The position numbers were made by a program, and so were the translations under genes. 36,578 nucleotides of DNA. It comes from Chiloscyllium plagiosum (Eukaryota). The DNA is taken from NCBI RefSeq assembly GCF_004010195.1, contig NC_057718.1:7135614-7172191 (forward strand). Direction: 5' to 3'. This document shows, in pieces, positions 1 to 9,709 of this stretch. The notes beneath the pieces were generated by a model. The model did not search any database, was not told the origin of the DNA, and saw only the letters and a program-made list of their open reading frames with translations. Within the stretch, counting starts at the first letter, position 1; each line of letters opens with the position of its first letter.

Positions 1-62
1 AGAGAGAGAGAGACTCCAACCCTTTTTAGTTGTGATTTCAACATGCCCCTGTTTTGAGACAG

Positions 63-97
63 CCAATCCGTGAGTATGACATTGATGATGTCACGTG
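63..97 (+). promoter_or_regulatory. Putative V-segment promoter: CCAAT box, CRE/TCR-decamer-like element and overlapping E-box
   Basis: CCAAT at 63-67. TGATGTCA at 86-93 lies within GATGATGTCA, resembling the TCR V promoter decamer AGTGAYRTCA. CACGTG at 92-97. About 185 nt upstream of the leader ATG. No Ig octamer seen. Confidence 0.55.
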
Positions 98-277
98 TCA
101 ACATCCCATAATAGGCTGGTTATTGTGAATCCCGTCCATCAGTCTCTCTGTACGAAGAGAATATAACGTTTAACTCTCTGCTCTCCAGTTGCCATCATTG
201 AAAGTCTTAACATTGACAGCCGGTCTTGGACTCGAACCATTGCCTGGTTGTTCGACTTCGAGGGAGGTTTCGTCAGC

Positions 278-338
278 ATGAACAGAAAGTTTTGCAATCA
301 TGTATTCTCAGTTGGAGCTCTGATGATATTCATAGTCT
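278..338 (+). CDS. Leader (signal peptide) exon of antigen-receptor V gene segment
   Basis: ATG at 278 encodes MNRKFCNHVFSVGALMIFIV plus 1 nt, then donor GTAAGT at 339. The 85-nt phase-1 intron ends TTTCTTTTCTTTCAG at 423, the classic L-intron-V layout. Confidence 0.88.
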
Positions 339-423
339 GTAAGTTTATTTTTATAATCAGACTCCTGGCTTTACCAACTCTTCAACATCATGTCTTGTTG
401 GAATGATATTTCTTTTCTTTCAG

Positions 424-705
424 CTGTTCAGTCTGAGGATCAGAGCTCAGAGTCTGATCAGATGTTAACTCTGGAAGGGGAAAGAGTTGAACTGCATTGT
501 CGAATGTCCATTGGTACAGGCGAAACTGTAGCCTGGTACAGACAAACCCTTTCAGGGATTCCGACATTTATCGACTCACTATACGAGGGTAATAAGACAA
601 GTGGACATTACACGCTGTCAATCGACCGACTGAAGAACTCCTACATCATGTCTATGGAAGACACCATGTTCAATGACGCCGGAATGTATTACTGTGCGAA
701 ACAGA
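424..705 (+). CDS. Germline V gene segment exon (Ig V-set domain), most like TCR alpha/delta V
   Basis: In frame with the leader: SVQSEDQSSESDQMLTLEGERVELHCRMSIGTGETVAWYRQTLSGIPTFIDSLYEGNKTSGHYTLSIDRLKNSYIMSMEDTMFNDAGMYYCAKQ. Has B-strand Cys, WYRQ and DAGMYYC, with 64 residues between the cysteines, no G strand/J region, and an RSS immediately after. The locus class is inferred. Confidence 0.9.
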
Positions 706-744
706 CACTGTGAGTGAATGTTTGGAACCGCCTGTACAATATCT
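706..744 (+). other. Recombination signal sequence, 23-bp spacer (23-RSS)
   Basis: Heptamer CACTGTG at 706-712, exactly 23-nt spacer at 713-735, nonamer ACAATATCT at 736-744 (consensus ACAAAAACC), directly after YYCAKQ. Confidence 0.85.
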
Positions 745-988
745 TGGCGAAGACTTCCCTCTGCGATCTGAATGAACCTTCTCCGTATGGCAAGTTTTAC
801 AAATCATAGTGAGATTAACAAGGTTTACTTTTGATACTCAAACTTATATCCGGACTAAGCAACAAAGTCTTTCTAACTATTACTACTGGTAAAGTGAGTG
901 CACAAATTAAGTCCGATATTTTTTGTTGCAGTGCTCTACAGAAAAAGTAGAGATCAGAAAACCAACGACGGTTGCCTTTCACATGACT

Positions 989-1016
989 AGATAGATAAAT
1001 AGATAGATAGGTAGAT
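989..1016. repeat. Imperfect (GATA)n microsatellite
   Basis: AGATAGATAAATAGATAGATAGGTAGAT. Confidence 0.8.
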
Positions 1017-1410
1017 TCCACCTGTATTAAAAGAGATTTAATTCAATTATTCTTGTATAAACAACTATGCTGATTTTATTAAATTTTGTCAGATTTTGCA
1101 GCTGTATCTTGTCATTAAGGTTACATCAGATGTCAATTTATGAAGGAAATTTCGAGCAGTACGTTTCAGCACAACACTACTTTTGCCTCGAAGAACTTTA
1201 CATTCTTATCCAGGCATTTCTCAAGTTTCATGAGAAGAAAAAGAATTGAGAAAAGCCTGAAAGCCGTCTGTGTGCGATGCGACAAGCTCCACTAGCCTCA
1301 AGATAATCCATTGGAGCCACGACGCGCTGAGCTGTGAAATCCCGAAATCAGAATTTCATCATTATAATTGTGGAATTATAACTGTGAAGTCGGTCATATA
1401 AATATCAATT

Positions 1411-1635
1411 AAAGTTTGTGTGAAGATTTGTAGCTCGGGTGCTCGTTGTTGTGGTTCTGTTCGCCGAGCTGGAAGTTTTTGTTGCAAACGTTTCGTCCCC
1501 TGGCTAGGCGACATCATCAGTGCTTGGGAGCCTCCTGTGAAGCCAGGGGACGAAACGTTTGCAACAAAAACTTCCAGCTCGGCGAACAGAACCACAACAA
1601 CGAGCACCCGAGCTACAAATCTTCGCACAAACTTT
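1411..1635. mobile_element. Penelope-like element remnant forming a near-perfect 95-bp inverted repeat
   Basis: Arms 1411-1505 and 1541-1635 are reverse complements at 94/95 nt, with a 35-nt spacer. A hammerhead-like motif on the - strand is typical of PLE terminal repeats. Confidence 0.8.
1484..1523 (-). ncRNA. Minimal type I hammerhead ribozyme motif (PLE-associated)
   Basis: Minus strand reads gca-CTGATGA-t-gtcgcct(agcc)aggggac-GAAA-CG-T-T-tgc: intact core, stem II 6/7 bp, 3-bp stem I, palindromic ACGT instead of a looped stem III. Confidence 0.6.
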
Positions 1636-1637
1636 GA

Positions 1638-1800
1638 ATAAATGATCCCTTGTCACATTTTCCAAGAAGACCGGGGGGGCGGGGGTGGTTAGCCTTGACA
1701 TTCTGGCCAGTAATCCTCCCTCAATCCACATGACAAAGGCAGATTATCTAATCATGACCACAATCTGATTATTGGATCGCACTGTGTGTGTGTATTTCCT
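1638..1800 (+). mobile_element. Decayed Deu-domain SINE fragment
   Basis: TAAATGATCCCTTGTCACATTTTCCAAGAAG...CCTTGACATTCTGGCCAG resembles the Deu domain (TAAAAGATCCCATGGCAC...GTCCTGGCCAA), recalled from memory. Confidence 0.45.
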
Positions 1801-2746
1801 CCAATACATTTTGAAAGTTTTTTTAATGGGACATCCTACAATCTTAACAGAAACTAAATATTGGCAACTTTTTATTCCATTTTTCAGTAAATACTGGCAA
1901 CTCATATGGTCAGTGGGGAAGTAAGTTGTGAAGAAGACTTAAAGAGATGTACAGCATGGAAACAGACCCTTCGGTCCAACCCGTCCATGCTCACCAGATA
2001 TCCTTGAGGAGTTTTCAAATGATAAGTAAGTGGGTGATAATTTAGCAGCTGGAATATAATGTAGAAAAACATGAATCTCTGCAATTTGGCAGGAAAAATA
2101 GGAAAGCAGAATGCTATTTAAATGAAAAGAGTTTGCAGAACTCTGAGATACAGAGAGTTCCGGGTGTCCAGGTATACAAATCACATAAAGTTAATAGAGC
2201 ATATGATTAGAAAGACCAATGGAAGGTTAGCATTTATTGCAAGGGGAATGAATAGGTAGGTAGAGCAATACAGACAGAGAGAATTGTAAGGAAGTCTCCC
2301 TCCAGTTTTATTGGTGACACTGTATCTGGAAGATTTGGCACAGTTTTGATCTCAAATTAAAAAAAAGGACAGAGAAGCTCTAGAAACAATCCAGCGAAGG
2401 TTCACTCAACTAACACATGCGATGGTAGTGGGCTATGCTGGAAGAAAAAGTTGGACAGGCTGGACCGAGGTCTATTGGGGTTTAGTAGAATGAGAGGTGA
2501 TCTTATGAAAACATAGCAGGTCATGAAGGTCTCGAAAAAGGCAGATTCCGCAAGGATGTTTCCCCTTGTGGGAGACTTTAAAACAGCTTAAAAATGATGG
2601 ATGTTTCATTTAAGGTGGAGAAGAGCAGAACTTTTCTTGCTCAGAGGGTCATGCGTCTTTGAAACTCTCTTTCCGAGAGACCGGTTTGGGAAGAATCATT
2701 GTATGTTGTTTGTTTTTAAAGCAGAGGTAAATAGATTTTTGATTAA

Positions 2747-3679
2747 CCCCTTACCCGGCAAAGACGGGTTAACTTGTCTTCACCCAATTTGTCTTTTTCA
2801 GAGTGCGACGAGTAAACTCGTCCAAAACACATAATTTCAAAAACAGCCACAGACGAGTTTATACGTCAATTCTCGGCATTTCTGGGCCCTTCTCAGCTAG
2901 AAACGAGTATACTCGGTGACTCATACGTCTGGTAGCTGTGTCTCTTCCGCCTCAGGCATTGCAAGAAGCGTCGACGCACCGCTTTTGGGCACACACTGTC
3001 ATTCGTTTTTTTCTGTTTTTTTTTTACAAATTACGCCCAGATGTCGAGCTCAGAAGATGACAATGAGTATGAACCTTCTATTAGAAGCTTGGATACATCA
3101 GATGAGAGTGCAAGCTTGTCTGATAATGGCTATTCTCTCTCAAGTGAGGAGGAGGAGGAGGAGGATGGACGAATTTGGTGTCGGCATGTGGTGTCAGAAG
3201 AATGCATGCTTCCTCCACCGCCGCGCTTCCCAAGCACTGGAAATCCTGGAATATCAATTGATCAAGACACAGCTGATATGACTCCTTTGGATTTTTTTAG
3301 TCTTTTATGTGACAACAGAATTATTGATCCAATTGTGGACGAAACTAATCTCTTTGCTGACCAAACTGGAGAAAGAGATTGTATGTGACGCCCTGTAACA
3401 AAGGCAGAAATTTGTGTGTTTTTCACCTTGAAAATGCTTGGGGGTATTGTGAAAATGCCAGATCAAGGAATGAACTGGTCGAAAGATGAACTACTTGAAA
3501 GACCAATTTTTTTTTGCCGAAAATGGTATCTTCAAAATAAAATTTCAAGTAAAATATTGGAAATAGATAAAAACAAAAGTTATTTCCATAATCAGCATTA
3601 AAAATACTATAAAAAAAAGAATTAAATAATTCGTCTGAAAATGAAACGTTTTCTCCAAAAAACGTTGCTGGGAAAGGGG
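2747..3679 (+). mobile_element. Internally deleted piggyBac transposon (PGBD4/MER75-like), 933 bp
   Basis: TTAA TSDs at 2743-2746 and 3680-3683. Imperfect 15-bp TIRs CCCCTTACCCGGCAA / TTGCTGGGAAAGGGG. Subterminal ACGAGTAAACTCGT-type palindromes. Carries a transposase N-terminal remnant. Confidence 0.9.
3041..3510 (+). pseudogene. piggyBac transposase N-terminal remnant
   Basis: Acidic N-terminus, then PPRFPSTGNPG...TPLDFFSLL...IVDETNLFA. In-frame TGA at 3386-3388 where Trp is expected, continuing RPVTKAEICVFF...GIVKMP...WSKDELLERPIF. The DDD core is absent. Confidence 0.85.
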
Positions 3680-3914
3680 TTAAAAAGGGAGTCAAAGAAT
3701 ATTAGGAATATCATAGAATCCCTGCAGTGTGGAAGCGGAGCTATTCAGCCCATCGAGTCCACACTGACCCTCCGAACAGCATGGCACCCAGAGTCGCCCT
3801 ATAGCCCTGCATTTCCAATGGCTAACCCACCTAGCCCGCACATCACTGGACACAATGGGAATTTTAGCATGGCCAATCCACTTAACCTGCACAACTTTGG
3901 ACTGTGGGAGAAAA

Positions 3915-4094
3915 GCTGAAAGTGTGTTGCTGGAAAAGCGCAGCAGGTCAGGCAGCATCCAAGGAGCAGGAGAATCGACGTTTCGGGCGTGAGCCCTTCT
4001 TCAGGAAATCCTTGGATGCTGCCTGACCTGCTGCGCTTTTCCAGCAACACATTTTCAGCTCTGATCTCCAGCATCTGCAGTCCTCACTTTTTCC
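3915..4094. mobile_element. Penelope-like insertion with 52-bp inverted arms and 14-bp flanking direct repeat
   Basis: Arms 3914-3965 and 4009-4060 match at 51/52. ACTGTGGGAGAAAA is duplicated at 3901-3914 and 4095-4108. Confidence 0.85.
3975..4006 (-). ncRNA. Minimal hammerhead ribozyme motif (PLE-associated)
   Basis: Minus strand reads tc-CTGAAGA-a-gggc(tcac)gccc-GAAA-CG-T-C-ga: intact core, perfect stem II, GUC triplet, very short stem I. Confidence 0.55.
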
Positions 4095-5637
4095 ACTGTG
4101 GGAGAAAATCAGAGCACCCAGAGGGAACCCACACAGACACAGGGAAAATGCACAAACTCCGCACAGTTGGTCACCTAAGGCTGGAATTGAACCTGGGCCC
4201 CTGGCGCTGCTGAGGTAGCAGTGCTAACCACCCAGCTCAGTTGGGGAAGAGGAATTGAGGCCACCATCAGATCAGCTATGATTTTTCTCAGTGGTGGAGC
4301 AGACTTAAGGCACTGAGTGGCCAACTCTGGCTGCTAATTCATATAATCATCTGCTATACACAATTGGTATCTGTCTAGGGTCAGGGACTCACTTGGTATC
4401 AGTGTGAGAAAGGACAAAGGAATATATCCATTAATACATCTCTTACAACACTTTATGTATTATAAGCCAATTTAGAAACTCAGTGACTGTTAAAGACAAG
4501 AAACTTGTGATAATATAGCACTGTACTGCAACAGCAGATGTCTCAAAATGCTTTACACCTAACAAAATACATCTGAAATGTAGTCCCCTGTTGATAACAT
4601 GACAAATGTTTTCTAGGTGTAAAGTGCTCACAAACAACATTGAGATGGAATCAGACCTCATTTTGTGGTGGACGTTTGGACACCGGTCAACATGCTAAGA
4701 TAACTCACTTCACTTCTGTAAAGAGTTCCGCGGGTTGTTTAGCACCCATACGGGATTAGGTAAACAATCATGAGCTGAATGACTTGGCAGGTTAGTTGTC
4801 AATGAGACCAAACAAACTGGTAAGTAATCTCTTGTCAAGAATTAGGTTCCTGCTTCAGTTTCTAAAACAGTCTGAAATAATCCCAGAGCAGACAACAATT
4901 GAAACAAAGAGGCCCATTCAGTTTGAAGGATATACAACACCTTGCACATTAACAGCCTCAAGTGGCATGCTGCACCAAAACTTGCAAATTAAAGTTTTGA
5001 TTTGATTAATTCCATTCAAAGCACCATGTCAATCACGAGATTTTAATGATAATGCTTTTTACAATCCTTGAATCATCAGGGCCGGTTCCTCAACTTTAAA
5101 ACAAAATGCATTAACATTAAGGCTAACAGGAAATTGAGGATGTTTATCCAACAGCAACAGCCCACCCTTATCCAGCAAAACATGTCAAGGCACATCATGG
5201 TGGTACTCCCAGACAAGGTTTGATACCAAGTCACAATATTAGAACAAGTTGCAGAAAACCTTGGTCAAAAATGTCAGATTTCAGAAGTGGCTTAAAGACA
5301 GATGGAAGTTTGGAGAGCAAGTGCCAAAGTTTAGAGCCTAAATTTAGCTGAAAGTGAACTTTTACAATTAAAACTCAGGGAACGTCCAAAAATTGTCCAG
5401 AAAGTTACAAATAAAGCTTCTGAGGCAAGAAAACTAAAAGTTAAAGGGACAATAAAATTAGCTTGGTAACAATATTGGCAACAAAAATAAGTGTTGAATG
5501 TTTAATATGCAATTCCTCTTTGTTGCTGTTTTCAATTCCTCTATTCTTGTCTATCACACGACAAGCTTTGGATTTGACTTTCCACCTTACACTTCAAAAA
5601 TTAACTTAACTTGTTATTCCTCAGTTGGTTGTTTAAC

Positions 5638-6085
5638 ATCATAGAGTCGTAGAAGTTTACAGCACAGAAAAAGGCCCTTCGGCCCATCATAGCCATACTA
5701 GTCAAAAACAACCACCAAACTATTCTAATCCCATTTCCCACCACTTGGCCCATACACTTGTAATGCCTTGATATCTCAAGTGTATACCTAAATACTTCTT
5801 AAACATTATGAGGATACCTGCCTCTGTTCCTTACCTAAGTCCCAGTGATTGATTCCTCCACCAAAGAGAAACACTTTTTTTTCTCTACCCTGTCGATGCC
5901 CCTCTTAAATTTAAGCATTTAAATCATGCCCCCATTCAGTACCCAAAGCCCCAAGGAAAACAGCATTCTTCATAACTGGAACTCTCCAGCCCATTTAACA
6001 TCCTGGTAAATCTCCTCTGTACCCTCTCCAGTGCATTCATATCCCAACTTTAATGTGGTACCCAGAACTGTGCAAAATACTCTAA
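5638..6085 (-). mobile_element. CR1 LINE 3' fragment
   Basis: CATAGAGTCGTAGAAG...AGGCCCTTCGGCCCATC tail and degenerate RT C-terminal sequence. Confidence 0.7.
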
Positions 6086-6099
6086 CCATAATCAGTCAT

Positions 6100-6206
6100 T
6101 TAGTAACAAAATCAGAAATTGCTGGAAAAGCTCAGCAGGTCTGGCAACATCTGTGGAGAGAAAGCAGAGTTAACATTTGGGGTCCAGTGACCCTTTTGTT
6201 CTGAAG
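6100..6206 (-). mobile_element. Penelope-like terminal repeat fragment
   Basis: AGAAATTGCTGGAAAAGCTCAGCAGGTCTGGC...GAGTTAAC, the same family as 14014-14113 and 20390-20520. Confidence 0.7.
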
Positions 6207-6214
6207 GCGAAAGG

Positions 6215-6800
6215 CAAGGAACTCAACTCCTGACACCGCAAAGCCTGTCTATCATCTATAAGACATGAGTCAGGCATATGATGGAAAACTCCCTCCTTTT
6301 GTGGATGGGTGCAGTGTCAGCAACACTGAAGAAGCTCAATGCCAACCAGGACAAAGCATCCTGGTCAAATGGTACAGCACCCACAACTTGAACATTCACT
6401 CCTACCGCTGCAGTGCACAGTGGTAGCAGTGTGTACCAACTTCAAGATACACTGCAGGAACTTGCAAAGTCTTCTTTGGGCGTATCTTTCAAACCAACTC
6501 CCCCGCCCCACCCACCCCCAACCACCGTCCCCACCCCTCACCAACTCCTACCACTTAGAAAGTCAAGGGTAGCAGATGCATAGGAACACCAATGTCTGCA
6601 AGATCCACCCTTGACTTTGAAATATATCACCGTTCCTTCATTGTCACTGAGTCAAAATCTTGGAACTCCCTCCCTGACAATGCTGAGAGCGTATCTGCAC
6701 CCAGGTGGTTCAAACAGTTTCTCAATGACAATCAAGGAGGTGCAATCAATGGGTTATTTTTGTCAATGACTCACAAACCCCATGCAATGAATGAAAACTC
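6215..6800 (+). mobile_element. Decayed non-LTR retrotransposon 3' end (CR1/L2-group)
   Basis: Degenerate RT C-terminal-like sequence (SWNSLP motif in ORF 6592-6810). The 3' tail ...CCCATGCAATGAATGAAA resembles the tail of the SINE at 7552-7900. Confidence 0.55.
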
Positions 6801-6873
6801 GAAAGGCTAATAGTTACAATGAAGCAAAGGATGTAACCTCTTCCGCCCATCAGTACTCTTAAGTGGGACTTAC

Positions 6874-7098
6874 ACGAATGATGATACTTATTTTGCCCAT
6901 ATACGGTTTCAGGTCAGGGTAGATAGAGATGGCTCGAATCTTCACTGTCTGCCCTGGTTTGTATATAGCCTTGTCTGTCTGGATCAAGATGGAGACAGGT
7001 TCCTTCACAATCCTCACAGAGCTTGAGTTGGTAAACAGCAGTCTTTCCTCTGAGTAGCCTTGGACTACCAATTCATAGTAGTTTTCTGGTAATCCCTC
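6874..7098 (-). CDS. CD109: CD109-like thioester/alpha-2-macroglobulin family gene, coding exon 4 (MG1/MG2 region)
   Basis: Acceptor TTTCTCAACTCCTAG, 225 nt, EGLPENYYELVVQGYSEERLLFTNSSSVRIVKEPVSILIQTDKAIYKPGQTVKIRAISIYPDLKPYMGKISIIIR, donor GTAAGT. IQTDKxxYKPGQ is the A2M-family motif, and YEL.V.G....LF.NS matches CD109. Orthology versus paralogy is unresolved. Confidence 0.9.
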
Positions 7099-7324
7099 CT
7101 AGGAGTTGAGAAAGACGACAAAAAATGTCACAGCACAACAATTGCTCTTCTTGCAACAAATATTCAGAAATACACATTGGGAAAGTTATCATGTGCAGTC
7201 TGTCATTTAACCTTCACTGTCTCTCACCTATTGCACATCTTCCATCTGTCTCTTGTCTTTCCTGTTAATACCCTTTTCTTATTGACCTGGTTAAAACCCA
7301 TAGATTTGGATCTTTAGCTTTTTC

Positions 7325-7983
7325 TATGGAATCCCTATAGTGTGAAAGCAGGCCATTTGGTCCATTGAGTCTGCAGTGACCTTTCCCACCCGGACGTACC
7401 TCCCCCCAATCCTATAACCCTGCATTTCCCATGGCTAACTCATCTAGCCTAGGCATCCCTGGACACTATGGGTAATCTAGCACGGCCAAATCACCTAATC
7501 TGCACATTTTTGGATTGTGGGAGGAAACCCATACAGACACAGGGAGACATGGGAGGTGATGGCCTACTGGTATTATCGCTGGACTGTTAATCCAGAAATC
7601 CAGGTAATGTTCTGGGGGCCTAGGCATGAATCCTGCCTTGGCAAATGGCAGACTTTGAATTCAATAAAAATCTAGAATTAAGAATCTAGTAATGACCATG
7701 AATCGATTGTTGGGAAAAGCCCATCTGGTTCATTAATGTCCTATAGGGAAGGAAATTGCCATCCTTACTTGGTCTGGCCTACATGTGACTCCAGACCCAC
7801 AGTGATGTGGTTGACACTTAACTGCCCTCTGGGCAATTAGGGATGGGCAACAAATGCTGGCTAGCCGGCAACGCCCTCATCCCATGAATGAATAAATGAG
7901 AAAAAAAACTGACAGTCACCCAAGGGTGGAATCAAACCTAGGTCTCTGGGGCTGTGAGGCAGCACTGAGCCACCATGCCGCAC
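7325..7983 (-). mobile_element. HE1-type V-SINE interrupted by a second SINE
   Basis: 3' part at about 7325-7550 and tRNA head at about 7908-7983 flank the insertion. Confidence 0.75.
7552..7900 (+). mobile_element. tRNA-derived SINE, second family
   Basis: Box-A-like TGGCCTACTGG head, body CCCATCTGGTTCATTAATGTCC...GACTCCAGACCCAC, tail CCCATGAATGAATAAA. Related copies at about 11913, 14178, 14820 and 29388. Confidence 0.8.
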
Positions 7984-8599
7984 CCTCGAGCACTGAACCA
8001 TTAACTCAGTTTCTCTCCACAGGTGTGCAAGACCTATGGAGCATTCCCAGTGCTTTCTGATTTTATTGCAGGTTTTCACATCTGCAACATTTTATTTTCG
8101 TGTGGAGACACAGAGGGGCAGATGTCGCTGGATCCTGAGGCCAATTTTAATCCCTCCACTTGCAGACAACTGCAATTGGGCCTCTAAGTCTGCTGCATAC
8201 AATTTTGCAATATTCACCATGAGAAAGAATAGTGCTTTGCCATAGAGTGAAAGAATCATGGAGATCTACATCACTGGAGACCCTTCGGCCCATTGCACCC
8301 ATTCCGGTCAAAACAGAAACACACATCACAACTACGAAAATCAACCCCTATGGTATCCTCAATGTCGAATCATTCCACAAGTAAGAAAGTAAAGTTCAAA
8401 GAAAGTGGGGGGAAAGCTGTTCTTGGACCCTCATGCTTTTTAATCCACCACATTGTGTCCCACAGTGTCCTACAGATTCACTGACTGTTCCTGAACACTG
8501 TTCATCTGTGAGATCGTGACCCGGATTCGATACCCAGTGTCATCAAACCCCCTACTGAACCTACCTCAAACACCTTCATCATTGTATTTAAATACTTAC

Positions 8600-8628
8600 T
8601 GTTGGGAGAACCAATTTTCCCATAGAAC
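8600..8628 (-). CDS. CD109: CD109-like coding exon 3 (29-nt microexon)
   Basis: TGTGTCTTTCAG|GTTCTATGGGAAAATTGGTTCTCCCAACA|GTAAGT encodes (G)SMGKLVLPT. It bridges the phase-1 end of exon 2 to the phase-0 start of exon 4 and resembles human CD109 GSFKTLTLPS. Confidence 0.88.
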
Positions 8629-9709
8629 CTGAAAGACACAACACAGCAAGGAACTCCCATTAATCAGCTGTAATGAAAATGTCAGAGGGAATAAAATATC
8701 GCATTGTTACATTCTTTCTGAATGGCCAAATGAACTCTCCTGAGAGTTGTGCTATACTGACTTTGAAATTCCTCTCCTTGTTTTCACAACCCCAATTGGC
8801 CTCTCTTTTACCCATATGTCTGTCACCTCTTCCAGCCCCGCATCCCGGTCAGGTCTCAGAGCTTCTCTAGCTCTGGTCTCTTGAACGTTACCAGTGTTAG
8901 TCACTCCAAGACTGGTGGCTGCTCCTTCTGTTGCCTGGGCAACAATCTCTGGAATTCCCTCCCAACAACACTCCCCCTCCCCAACTCCTTTTCGCCACCA
9001 AAAAAATTAACCAAAGCCTACAAGTTTGGCCAAGCTTTGGACTGGGCAATCCAAATTCTCTTCCTCTGCATGTGATTAGGTGTCTAACGTTCTTTGATGA
9101 GGCTCCCATGAAACTTCTTGTGAAGTTCTACTTCATTAAAGGTGCTATATAAATGTGTATATTGTTATACTGTCTTATACCACGGGAAATCTGTTAAATC
9201 TGCAGCTGTAAAAAAAAGTAAGGAAATTGAACCAACCCCGTTCTTAGAGAGTTCCACCTTAATTCCCAAGGTGCCAATTTCTCAGATGTTTTTGATGAGT
9301 TCATCAAATCAAGAAAATTAATTCATTAATGCAGAAGGAGTTTTAAAATAATAGTGTGTGTGTTCCTAATCCAGGTGATAGACAGTTAAAAATAGCAGCG
9401 AGATCTACCTGTGCATGCACAGATGCACATCCAATCCAACCTGAACACAAACGTATTCACCATTTCTCTTGATCAGACCCTGGGGCTTTTATTCTGCTCA
9501 AAATGGCCAGTGACATCTTCATTTCCTCTCTGATCACATCAGGTGACAACAGGATGGAATCACAAGAAGTGAGGTTGAAATAACTCCCCAGAGGCTGGTA
9601 TCCCGTCACCAAGTCACCCTTTATCTACACATGGAGAGTCCTTGACACTGACCCAGCTCCCTCACAGCCAGCTCTCAGAGTGAGCAGAACCTCTGACACC
9701 CCTGTTTCT

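Larger units (their letters stand above)
3709..4238 (-). mobile_element. HE1-type tRNA-derived V-SINE, split by a Penelope insertion
   Basis: Reverse complement shows a tRNA-like head (GGTTAGCACTGCT...GGTTCAATTCC), V-domain and CR1-like tail ending GGGATTCTATGA. Confidence 0.85.
1900..4350 (+). mobile_element. Old CR1 LINE 3' portion, interrupted by piggyBac, SINE and Penelope insertions
   Basis: Degenerate CR1 RT C-terminal sequence at about 2020-2745 (e.g. AGAATGAGAGGTGATCTTAT) resumes after the piggyBac at 3684 and after the SINE at about 4241 with the CR1 3' tail. Confidence 0.7.

Noticed and set aside
150..195. Penelope/hammerhead-like remnant in the V promoter (AACGTTTAACTCT)
   Set aside because: The similarity is too short and there is no CUGANGA core.
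390..423. ATG at 390 as start of the V ORF (MSCWNDISFLS)
   Set aside because: It lies inside the leader intron. The real start is ATG 278, spliced to 424.
1362..1731. Overlapping ORFs on both strands
   Set aside because: They are by-products of the Penelope inverted repeat, with no protein family features.
4380..4880. Possible CD109 exon 5 near minus-strand GTGAGT donors (about 4390 and 4708)
   Set aside because: The frames checked have stop codons close upstream and show no DPxxN/QW/LGxW similarity.
9181..9205. Alternative candidate for the CD109 microexon (good acceptor TTTTTTACAG)
   Set aside because: Wrong phase, weak donor and no peptide similarity. 8600-8628 fits on all counts.
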